Shown: one piece after another, positions 1 to 7,951 of the stretch
Layout of the letters: the number at the start of each line of letters is the position of its first letter
Position numbering within the stretch: the stretch's first letter is position 1
DNA from: Pyrodictium abyssi
Lineage (GTDB): Archaea > Thermoproteota > Thermoprotei_A > Sulfolobales > Pyrodictiaceae
DNA length: 32,000 nt
NCBI RefSeq assembly: GCF_036323395.1
Contig: NZ_AP028907.1
Span: 420,001 to 452,000, forward strand
Direction: 5' to 3'
The notes under the pieces: model-generated
The model's input: only the letters and a program-made list of their open reading frames with translations
Told to the model about the DNA's origin: nothing
Database searches by the model: none
Made by a program: the position numbers and the translations under genes

Positions 1-1517
1 GCGCGGTAGAGCTCTACGCGGGCCCCTTCATAAGGCGCGACGGCCTAGACTACCGCGCAGTGAAGCAGGGCGTACAGAGGCTCATCTACAACCTCAACTT
101 CCCCAGCCGCACAGGCATGCAGACACCGTTCACCAACTTCACGGTGGTCCTGGACGCGGCGCGGAGCAAGCTAGAGAAGGACGACGCAGTCTACGCCGGC
201 GAGCCCGCGGGCAAGCTGGGCGAGTACCTGGACGAGGCCCGCCTCTTCGTGAAAGCTCTCTACGAGGTCCACGGGGAGGGCGACGCCGCGGGCAGGCCCT
301 TCACCTTCCCGATACCCACCGTCATGACGACGAGTAGGATGCTCTTCGACGACCCCGAGGTATTCGAGGCAGTGTTCAACGCTGCGGCACGGAGGGGCAC
401 CGGGTACTGGCTCAACACCAGGGTCGTGGACCCCGACGCGAGCTTCGCCATGTGCTGCAGGATAAACATAGACATGAACGAGCTCCTCCACGCCATGAGG
501 GCCGGGCCCAGGAGCATGAGGATACGCGACATCCGGCGGGAGCTCGAAGAGGCCCGCGAGGAGTACATCCGGAGCCTCGAGCGCCAGAGGATGGGCGGCC
601 TATGGGCCGTACCGGACATAACCGGCAGCAAGGTGGTGATAACGGTCAACCTCCCCAGGCTAGCCCTCGAAGCCCGCGGCGACGACACAGCCTTCACAGA
701 GGCCCTCGACGAGACACTGCGGCTCGTAAGGCAGGGACTAGAGTGGTTCGCCCGGCGCTACGAGAGGCTATCCAAGCTCTACCCAGGCTTCTACAGCATG
801 GTGCTCGACTACCTCCCCGAGGTCTTCCGGCTCACGGGCACCCCGTACTTCCTAACAGTGGGCGTCATAGGGCTCCCCGAGGCAGCAGCGATAATGGCCG
901 GCGACCCCAGAGCCTGGCACGAGGGCAGCAGGAGCCAGTGGCGCGAGATGGCCGAGTGGATGCGCCGGACAGTAGAGCACATCGTGGAGCACACGCGCCG
1001 GTGGAGCATGCGCACCGGGCTAGCCTTCAACGTCGAGGAGGTGCCCGGCGAGAGCGCGGCAGCGAAGCTGGCCAGGAGGGACTCCAGGCTCTACCCACGG
1101 GTCCTCGACTACCTCCCGGACAGGGAGGAGCCGGTCTACAGCACGAGCATAGCGCCCTACTACGCGCCGATGGAGCTATGGGAGCGGGTCGAGGTCGAGG
1201 AGCGGGTGCAGCCAGTCTTCACCGGCGGCGTGATGATGCACATCTTCCTCGGCGAAGAGCCCGACCCAGAAGCGCTCGCGAGCCTGACCCGGAGGCTGAC
1301 CGCGAACACGAGCCTAGTCTACTGGAGCTACACGCCAGCGGTAACAGTATGCCCCAGGTGCGGCTGGAGCGGCGTAGGCCTAGCCACCTCCTGCCCGCGC
1401 TGCGGCTCCGAGACCGAGATATGGAGCAGGATAATCGGCTACTACAGGCCGCTGCGTAACTGGAACCCTGCCCGCCGCCGCGAGTTCTGGACACGCCGCC
1501 ACTACGGCAAGATCTAG
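1..1517 (+). CDS. nrdD: anaerobic (class III) ribonucleoside-triphosphate reductase, C-terminal part; the 5' end lies upstream of the window
   Basis: The frame is open from position 3, with no stop before the ORF-track start at 60. The translation carries a C-terminal zinc ribbon (CPRCG...CPRCG) followed by the glycyl-radical motif SRIIGYYRP close to the stop. QTPFTNFT and a long conserved body are typical of NrdD. An activase gene lies downstream. Confidence 0.9.
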   Translation, partial: AVELYAGPFIRRDGLDYRAVKQGVQRLIYNLNFPSRTGMQTPFTNFTVVLDAARSKLEKDDAVYAGEPAGKLGEYLDEARLFVKALYEVHGEGDAAGRPFTFPIPTVMTTSRMLFDDPEVFEAVFNAAARRGTGYWLNTRVVDPDASFAMCCRINIDMNELLHAMRAGPRSMRIRDIRRELEEAREEYIRSLERQRMGGLWAVPDITGSKVVITVNLPRLALEARGDDTAFTEALDETLRLVRQGLEWFARRYERLSKLYPGFYSMVLDYLPEVFRLTGTPYFLTVGVIGLPEAAAIMAGDPRAWHEGSRSQWREMAEWMRRTVEHIVEHTRRWSMRTGLAFNVEEVPGESAAAKLARRDSRLYPRVLDYLPDREEPVYSTSIAPYYAPMELWERVEVEERVQPVFTGGVMMHIFLGEEPDPEALASLTRRLTANTSLVYWSYTPAVTVCPRCGWSGVGLATSCPRCGSETEIWSRIIGYYRPLRNWNPARRREFWTRRHYGKI

Positions 1518-1581
1518 CACCCCTCCCCGGCGGCCCAGGCCCTTTCCGCGGCAGACGACACGGTCCAAGGGGCACAGCGCC

Positions 1582-2187
1582 TTGCCGCTCATATCGTTTA
1601 TAGGGGTCCACGGCTCCGGGAAGACCTCCACAGCCCGGCTACTAGCCCGGCTCTACCCGGGCTGCTACCTCTACCACGAGCTAGAAGCCATAGACGAGGC
1701 CCACGGGCTACCCCCGGCCGCGCGCCAGCTCCTCTTCCTCTCCAGGTTCGTGGAGGGCTACCTCCAGGCATACAGAGAGTCCCAGAGCACCGGGAAAACA
1801 GTGGTCATGGACAGCCACCCCGTACTAGTGCCGGTCTATAGCCGGTGGTGGCTCCGGGGCCACGCAGAGGACACAGTAGAGGCCATGGAGAAGCTGCTCC
1901 AGGCGCTCCCGCCCGCAGACCTACTCGTCTACATAAGGGCAGGAGACCCCAAGGAGATAGCGCGCCGCATCCTCGCGCGGGGCCGCGCTGTGGCCAGGGA
2001 GGAGGCAGACCCCGAGTACATAGAGTTTATAGACCGCGAAGCCTCGAGGATCGTCGAGGAGTACGGGGCCAGCCTAGCCAGGAGGATAATGGTCCTCGAC
2101 GCCCAGGAGCCCCTCGAGGAGAAGGCCCGCCGGGTACACACGGAGCACGCCAGGCTAGCCGGAGGCACACAGGCTTGCAGCTGCTAG
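1582..2187 (+). CDS. P-loop nucleoside/nucleotide kinase-like protein (deoxynucleoside-kinase-like)
   Basis: TTG start at 1582. Walker A motif GVHGSGKT at residues 8-15. The C-terminal segment ARRILARGRAVAREEADPEYIEFI resembles the dNK/dCK lid (RGR..E....Y). The stop at 2185-2187 overlaps the proposed nrdG start. Confidence 0.6.
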   Translation: MPLISFIGVHGSGKTSTARLLARLYPGCYLYHELEAIDEAHGLPPAARQLLFLSRFVEGYLQAYRESQSTGKTVVMDSHPVLVPVYSRWWLRGHAEDTVEAMEKLLQALPPADLLVYIRAGDPKEIARRILARGRAVAREEADPEYIEFIDREASRIVEEYGASLARRIMVLDAQEPLEEKARRVHTEHARLAGGTQACSC

Positions 2188-2930
2188 CCGGGGGCTGGAA
2201 AGCCCCGAGCCTAGTAGACGTCCGGGGCCGCGCCACGTTCACCCTCTGGCTCTGCGGCTGCAACCTACGCTGCCCCTTCTGCCACAACTGGCGCCTAGCA
2301 GAAGCAGCCCCCGAAGCCTGCCGCCCAGTGGAGCTCGACACAGTCCTGAAGGCGCTCCACGGAGCCGCTAGGCTAGTAGACATGCTCCACGTGACCGGCG
2401 GCGAGCCAGCGCTACAGGCCAGGGCTCTGGAGAGGCTGCTAGAGGAGAGCAGGGGCCTAGGCCTAGGTAACAGCATCAACACCAACTGCACTCTCCCCCA
2501 CCTGCTCCAGCCCCTCCTAGACCGCGGCCTCGTAGACCACGTAGCCACCGACCTCAAGACACCCTTCCACACGCTAGCCGGGCTACGGGGAGGGACAGCA
2601 GCCCGGCTCCAGGAAAGGTTCCTCGAATGCCTCAACGCGCTGGCGAGCCACGGGGTGGAGGTCGAGCTACGCATACCGGTGCCCCGCGAGATACCAGGCT
2701 ACACAAGGCTGCTCGAGGAGAGCCTCAGAGAGGCCGCAGAGGCGCTCCACGGCACCAAGTGGTACGTGGTCGTGAACCCGCTCCAGGGCCGCCCCCTCGT
2801 AAACCCCCGCGACGAGGAGTGGTGCGCCAAGCACTGCAGCCCAGACCAGCAGCTCGTCGACATGGTAGTGGAGACGGCGAGGAGGCACGCCACGAGAGTG
2901 TACGTCAACTGGGTGCTCTCCACGGTCTAG
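2175..2930 (+). CDS. nrdG: anaerobic ribonucleotide reductase activating protein (radical SAM)
   Basis: Radical-SAM cluster motif CGCNLRCPFCHN about 25 residues after an in-frame TTG at 2175, plus the VTGGEPAL SAM-binding motif. The ORF-track start at 1845 runs through the kinase gene in another frame and is Arg/Pro-rich there, so it was rejected. The exact start is uncertain. Confidence 0.85.
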   Translation: MQLLAGGWKAPSLVDVRGRATFTLWLCGCNLRCPFCHNWRLAEAAPEACRPVELDTVLKALHGAARLVDMLHVTGGEPALQARALERLLEESRGLGLGNSINTNCTLPHLLQPLLDRGLVDHVATDLKTPFHTLAGLRGGTAARLQERFLECLNALASHGVEVELRIPVPREIPGYTRLLEESLREAAEALHGTKWYVVVNPLQGRPLVNPRDEEWCAKHCSPDQQLVDMVVETARRHATRVYVNWVLSTV

Positions 2931-3016
2931 GCGGGGGCTGCCCCTCCGGGAAACCTTCTTAACCCCTCACCGGGGTGTTAGAGACCCTACACATGGCAAG
3001 ACCCGGAGCATTGGGC

Positions 3017-3095
3017 GCGGCGGTCGTCTAGCCTGGACTAGGACGCCGGCCTGCCAAGCCGGCGATCCCGGGTTCAAATCCCGGCCGCCGCACCA
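3017..3095 (+). tRNA. tRNA-Gly(GCC): tRNA-Gly, anticodon GCC, with encoded CCA
   Basis: Hand-folded cloverleaf. Acceptor GCGGCGG/CCGCCGC. D stem GTCT/GGAC. Anticodon stem CCGGC/GCCGG with loop CTGCCAA. T arm CCGGG-TTCAAAT-CCCGG. Discriminator A, then CCA at 3093-3095. Confidence 0.9.
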
Positions 3096-3180
3096 CAAAT
3101 CCTCTCCTCTCCACTGCTCCACGCACCGTTCTGTCTGCGCATCTCTCGCTGTTACACACGTGGGTGTGCTGGCTGTCCTG

Positions 3181-3444
3181 TTAGCCTGCTGCAGCTGTGG
3201 TGTTGCCGCGAGGCTGGCTTTGTAAATCCTCCTTGGCCTTGGCTATGCATTGGGCGAGGTTCTCTATGAGGAAGCTGTATATGCGGCATGTCGTCACGTA
3301 TCTGACTGCGTCGGGGTCTGCGCGCATAGTGTAGGAAAAGGACCTGGACCCGTCAGTCCTCAGTATGCCTACAAATACCACACTATCCGGGACCGTGGTG
3401 GTTACGCCATCCGGGCTGTAGCGTAATATAGTGCTTTGCGCCAA
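3181..3444 (-). CDS. hypothetical protein; may be the frameshifted continuation of the upstream ORF
   Basis: 87-codon ORF with a TTG start, overlapping the end of ORF 3402..3956 by 43 nt in another frame. No recognisable motifs. Lower-GC segment. Confidence 0.3.
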   Translation of the reverse strand: MAQSTILRYSPDGVTTTVPDSVVFVGILRTDGSRSFSYTMRADPDAVRYVTTCRIYSFLIENLAQCIAKAKEDLQSQPRGNTTAAAG

Positions 3445-3956
3445 GTATGTTTAGCAGCCTTTGCCTGGCTATCTCGTTGGGGACTGTTCTGGCTACTATG
3501 GCTGATATCCTGGAGGCATATACTCCTCTTAGGCCTTACAAACGCGACGCCTTTTCCCGACTCGAACGCCATCTTCAGCAGCTCTACAACAGGTCGTGCC
3601 AGTGTATCGTTGGCTAGTATACTGTCGGCTTTAAGCAGTATCGCGGCTGCATCCTTGTATGTAGACATGATTTCTGGCGTTGGTGCTGGCACTGTTTTAA
3701 CCGTGAAGCCTGCGCCGCTGAGTATCTCGGCAAGGCGTGTATCGTTAAAGCCGACGAGAACTATGGTAGAGCCGTAGATGGTTCTAGCGACTAGTGCTGG
3801 TATAGTGTATATGTTGCAGCTGGTTGTTGTAGTGTAGCCTGCTTCTCTGTGCCACGCTTCGTGCCCATGTAGGCTCAGCAGATATGTTGAGAGAGCGGTG
3901 ATAGCCAGTAGGCCCAGTATAGCGGCGGCTCGTGGTATAGCGGGTGTGGCTGTCAT
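3402..3956 (-). CDS. hypothetical membrane-anchored/secreted protein
   Basis: 184-codon ORF. N-terminal hydrophobic segment (AAAILGLLAITALSTYLLSL) follows a short charged start. The composition looks coding. No family recognised. Confidence 0.5.
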   Translation of the reverse strand: MTATPAIPRAAAILGLLAITALSTYLLSLHGHEAWHREAGYTTTTSCNIYTIPALVARTIYGSTIVLVGFNDTRLAEILSGAGFTVKTVPAPTPEIMSTYKDAAAILLKADSILANDTLARPVVELLKMAFESGKGVAFVRPKRSICLQDISHSSQNSPQRDSQAKAAKHTWRKALYYATARMA

Positions 3957-4164
3957 AGTATCCCCGGGGCTCGCTGCAGTAGCTTACATCCTTGGCTAAA
4001 TGCAGTGTGTAGGCTTTGTGCAAGGGGATGGATGGCTCTGGCCTCTCCCCGGTGGGGTGGCGCGCAGGATATTACCCGGTAGGCTGTGACACCCGTGTTT
4101 CTGAGCGAGACCGGAGCCCCTAGCCTCTACATGGGCTCCGACGCCCGCTCGGGGAGTAAGCCTA

Positions 4165-4497
4165 ATGGATTTGGGGGCTCTTGCGGCGAGCCTAGTGGAG
4201 CTATACATAGAGAACCCGTTGTTCACAATAGCTGTGGACGCTGTGGCGGCTATAGGCGTTCTCGCGCTAAGCGAGCTACTGCTCCGTAGTCTGCTGCGGG
4301 ACCGCCTCCGTGGCTGGATGATAATAGCTGCTAGGACGGTCCTGGCCTCTGTCCTGGTCCTGGTGCACGAGTACGTCAAGGAGGGCTACTTCTTCAAGGT
4401 CAGCGACCTCTTCGTACTCCCTCCTAAGAGCCATGAGTCGTTCCTGGCCTTCCTCGTGTTCCTGAGCATGGTTCTACGCCGTGCACTGATTATGTGA
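4165..4497 (+). CDS. small polytopic membrane protein, hypothetical
   Basis: ATG start. 110 aa with about three hydrophobic spans (FTIAVDAVAAIGVLALS, MIIAARTVLASVLVLV, FLAFLVFLSMVL). First gene of a same-strand run with short gaps or overlaps. Confidence 0.5.
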   Translation: MDLGALAASLVELYIENPLFTIAVDAVAAIGVLALSELLLRSLLRDRLRGWMIIAARTVLASVLVLVHEYVKEGYFFKVSDLFVLPPKSHESFLAFLVFLSMVLRRALIM

Positions 4498-4676
4498 GGG
4501 CCCAGGAGCCTTCTCGGCAACGAGGCCTACTACTTGTTGAAGCGTTTAATGTATTAGCTGCTATACGTACATCCTACCCGATACTGGGCTGTGTGGGAGC
4601 CCTTACTAAGGCTCCAGGGCTGTGCAGCTCCTGTAGCCTTTGGCACGCTCATGCTGGGTTAGGGGTGCTGCATGGT

Positions 4677-5126
4677 ATGCGGTATCGGGGTATAAGCGAG
4701 CTGGTATCGGCGTCACTGCTAGCGCTGATAGTTGTGGTTATAGGCGGGATAATCGTGGCGAAGATGTTGAGCGAGCTAAACGCTAGGATAAACCAGATAT
4801 CTGAGAACCTTGTGGAGGCTGAGATGAGCCTTAGCCAGGCGGTTGACATAGCTATAGCATACATAGATGGGAACGGGAATCTGCAGCTGGTTGTAGCTAC
4901 TGGCGACTTCCCGGTGAAGCTTCACGGGCTCTACGTCAACTCGACCCTGGCAAGCGGCTGTACTGTCTCTCTGACGACTGGGGAGACAGGGGCGCTTGAG
5001 GGTTTTGATGTACCAGCCTACTCGCTCGCAAGGATAACGTGTAGCTTGGGACCGGGCGCCGTGGCGGCGGATGTGAGGCTAATCTACGAGGGTGGAGAGG
5101 TACACGCCTATGCCCAGAGGATTTAG
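4677..5126 (+). CDS. type IV pilin-like protein with class III (prepilin-type) signal peptide
   Basis: Internal ATG at 4677 gives MRYRG/ISELVSASLLALIVVVIGGIIV. This is a short basic leader, Gly at -1, then about 20 hydrophobic residues, the pattern of archaeal PibD/FlaK substrates. The 61 residues upstream in the ORF track look non-coding. The end overlaps the next gene by 17 nt. Confidence 0.6.
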   Translation: MRYRGISELVSASLLALIVVVIGGIIVAKMLSELNARINQISENLVEAEMSLSQAVDIAIAYIDGNGNLQLVVATGDFPVKLHGLYVNSTLASGCTVSLTTGETGALEGFDVPAYSLARITCSLGPGAVAADVRLIYEGGEVHAYAQRI

Positions 5127-7908
5127 ATCTGTGGGCAGCCTAGCCGGTATGGTGTTCCTAGCCGTAATGATATTCATGGCTATAGGCTTCGCGTTCGTAG
5201 TGCTCTCTGCATTCGACGAGTACAGCTCGGTAATCCTAGCTATAATGGGCGAGCGCGCCTCCATGCTGGGCGTGACTAGCAGTATAACCGGCTGGTGGAT
5301 GATAGGTGGCAGCGATCTCCTGATACACCTCGAGACTAGCTACCCCAAGTCGTTAACTCTGACGGGAATGGCTGTGCTCTGGGACGACGGCACAGTGACG
5401 ATAATGGACCAGGGTAACGCGACGCTGTACAACGTGGTCATGGTGGTGGGGAAGCCCGACGGGACAACCTATACGGTGTCTAGGCTCCCCGTGGTCCTCG
5501 GCCCCGGCTACCAGGTTAACATAACGCTGGCAGGTTATGCCTCGGGCCGCGAGCCAGTCTCGATATCAGCGAGCCTCAGCGCAAGCCCAGCGGTAGCGGT
5601 AGTGCCGATAAGAAGGTACGTGCCCACCTACACGGTCCCCGTCAACGTTACCGTGACGCCCACGCCAAGCTACAATTACACCCCAGCTTTGGTACAGCTA
5701 CTTCCTATGGTCTTCTCCGGCTACACTACAGCTGTGAGAGTCTACCAGGCGACACTGGGCCCAGAGGAGGCGTTCAGCCCGGCGGGCTACAGCGTCGTCT
5801 ACGGTGTCCGGGTCTCCGGCGACCTAAGCAGCCTATCCGCTAGGGATGGGAACACGCTGAACATACAGTCGCAGAGCTACGTGGTGTGCGAGGCGTACAG
5901 CGGGTGGCGCTACTACCGCGAGGTGGAGATAGTCAACAACAACCCGTACAGCTACCAGGATATACAGGTGAAGATAACGCTAAGCCGTGACAACTTCGAC
6001 TTCACCAAGGCGAACCCCGATGGCAGTGACGTGCGTGTGCTCGCCGAGGACTGTACCCCGCTACCCTACTGGATAGAGAAGTGGGACCCCGACAGGGGCA
6101 AGGCAGTGATATGGGTCAGGATACCATCGATAGAGGCCAACGGCAGAGTAAAGATAATGCTCGTCTACGGCAACCCGTCCGCTACGAGCCACGACCCACA
6201 GTACTACGGGCTCGACAAGGTGATGGAGCGGCTACCGGCCGAGGACGGCCCAGGCTACACGATATACTACCAGGAGTGGGTTATGCCGGTAAGCGGCCTC
6301 ATAGGCGGCGGCACGGCTATGGGCTGGCACGCCGACGACGGGGCCTGGAGGTACACGCTCCCGTTCAGCTTCCCGTTCTACAGTAAGACGCTCACACAGG
6401 TGTACGTGTGCAGCAACGGCTTCATATCGGAGAAGCGCATAACAGACTTCTCCGACAGCCTCTACGAGCTCCGGTCAAGGCTGATGATAGCCCCGTTCTG
6501 GGAGGACCTAATGACGTGGAGGCCATACGACATATACATACGGACCGACTACAGAGACGAGTACGGAAGAGCCGTAGTCATACGCTGGTACACCGACTTC
6601 TACTACCGCTACGGCGTAGCAAACTTCGAGCTAGTCCTCTACGAGAACGGCCTCATAAGGTTCAACTACGGGAGGATAGACGGCCGGAGCTACGACCGGC
6701 CGACAGTAGGCCTATCCCTCGGCGACCGCAAGCACTACACGGTCTCGACCTACAACGACAAGACCGCCGATAATCTCAGCAACGCGGCCTCGGTGATGTT
6801 CTGGCCCCGCAAGAAGCCCCAGACTGAGTTCACAGCAACAGTTGGCCAGGAGAAGCTGTTCTCCGTCTACAGGGCTGGCGTCGAGATAAGCTACCCCCTG
6901 GAAGGCATGGCGTCTATAACGGGGCTCGAGGTCTACGCTAACGACCCTGGCACACCCTACAGCTACGAGGTATTGATAATCGCTGGCGGCGTCCCCGTCT
7001 ACACGGTCTCCGGCGAGGACCAGAGCGGTCCGCTCAGCATCAGCCTATCTGGGCTAAGAATACCAGTCGACGGCCCAGTAACGGTCCGAGTGGTCGTGAC
7101 ACGGTTCTCCGGGTTCCAGCTACAGCTGGACCAGGTAAGGCTAACCGTGAACCGGATAACCATGACCGGCAGCAGGATAGCAATAGCGAGCTCCAATACG
7201 AGCACACTACTCCTATACGACCCGGCCACCGGGGCGTCGGCCCAGATAGACCTGGCTACGGGAGGCTTCCCAGCCACCGGCGTGACGCTCCTAGCAATGG
7301 ACTCCATGGTGCGCGGCGTGTCCACCTGGCTATGGGTGGTACGCGGCGACCTCGCGGTCCCCTACGACCTGTTCAACGAGACATGGGTGGCTGACCACGC
7401 TATAACGCTGGCAACAGCTGTGGCAGAGGGAGGCTTCGTCGCCTCCAATGGTACGCACCTCTACGTGTACCCTGGCGGCGGCGCGAGCCGGGTGTACGTC
7501 TACAGCATAGAGACCGGCGTAGTGATGAACACGATACAGCTGCCAGTAGCGCCCGGCACATACACCTCGACAGCCCAGGCGGGCATGGCGCTCTACATAC
7601 ACACGGGCGAGGCGGGCAGGCTCCTAGCACTAAACCTCGTCACCGGCGAGGTAACAGAGCTGGGCACAACGCCTAGCATTTACCCCGTGGGCATGGCCTA
7701 TGACCCGGACCGCGGGAGGCTCTGGGTAGTCCTGCGCGGCGGCGGAGTAGAGTACTACGACCTCTCGGCCGGCCGCTGGGAGGCCTACTCGGTGGCGATG
7801 CCCTACTACCCGCTGAACCCCGGCGACCGGCTCGTGTATATAGATAATAGGCTCTACCATGTAAGAAACGATGGGACTAGTAGCCTGCTAGAGCTACAGC
7901 TCGGCTAG
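5110..7908 (+). CDS. large surface protein: pilin-like N-terminus, DUF2341-like domain, NIDO-like segment, beta-propeller-like C-terminus
   Basis: ATG at 5110 gives MPRGFRSVGSLAGMVFLAVMIFMAIGFAFVVL. The segment YYREVEIVNNNPYSYQDIQVKITL...DGSDVRVL...LPYWIEKWDPDRGKAVIWVRIPSI...IMLVYGNP matches the DUF2341 pattern. Many N-x-S/T sequons. N- and C-terminal regions are paralogous to the next gene. Confidence 0.8.
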   Translation: MPRGFRSVGSLAGMVFLAVMIFMAIGFAFVVLSAFDEYSSVILAIMGERASMLGVTSSITGWWMIGGSDLLIHLETSYPKSLTLTGMAVLWDDGTVTIMDQGNATLYNVVMVVGKPDGTTYTVSRLPVVLGPGYQVNITLAGYASGREPVSISASLSASPAVAVVPIRRYVPTYTVPVNVTVTPTPSYNYTPALVQLLPMVFSGYTTAVRVYQATLGPEEAFSPAGYSVVYGVRVSGDLSSLSARDGNTLNIQSQSYVVCEAYSGWRYYREVEIVNNNPYSYQDIQVKITLSRDNFDFTKANPDGSDVRVLAEDCTPLPYWIEKWDPDRGKAVIWVRIPSIEANGRVKIMLVYGNPSATSHDPQYYGLDKVMERLPAEDGPGYTIYYQEWVMPVSGLIGGGTAMGWHADDGAWRYTLPFSFPFYSKTLTQVYVCSNGFISEKRITDFSDSLYELRSRLMIAPFWEDLMTWRPYDIYIRTDYRDEYGRAVVIRWYTDFYYRYGVANFELVLYENGLIRFNYGRIDGRSYDRPTVGLSLGDRKHYTVSTYNDKTADNLSNAASVMFWPRKKPQTEFTATVGQEKLFSVYRAGVEISYPLEGMASITGLEVYANDPGTPYSYEVLIIAGGVPVYTVSGEDQSGPLSISLSGLRIPVDGPVTVRVVVTRFSGFQLQLDQVRLTVNRITMTGSRIAIASSNTSTLLLYDPATGASAQIDLATGGFPATGVTLLAMDSMVRGVSTWLWVVRGDLAVPYDLFNETWVADHAITLATAVAEGGFVASNGTHLYVYPGGGASRVYVYSIETGVVMNTIQLPVAPGTYTSTAQAGMALYIHTGEAGRLLALNLVTGEVTELGTTPSIYPVGMAYDPDRGRLWVVLRGGGVEYYDLSAGRWEAYSVAMPYYPLNPGDRLVYIDNRLYHVRNDGTSSLLELQLG

Positions 7909-7951
7909 CCAGTAGCTCGGCGCCCGCCGCCCCACCGGAGGCTGGCAGGAA

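Noticed and set aside
452-1459. 335-codon + strand ORF overlapping nrdD in another frame
   Set aside because: The translation is extremely Arg/Pro/Gly/His-rich with no motifs. It is a typical shadow frame of a GC-rich gene, and nrdD in the other frame has clear family signatures.
1845-2174. N-terminal 110 codons of the ORF-track version of nrdG (start at 1845)
   Set aside because: This part runs through the kinase gene in a different frame and is Arg/Pro/Gly-rich. Activase similarity begins only after the TTG at 2175.
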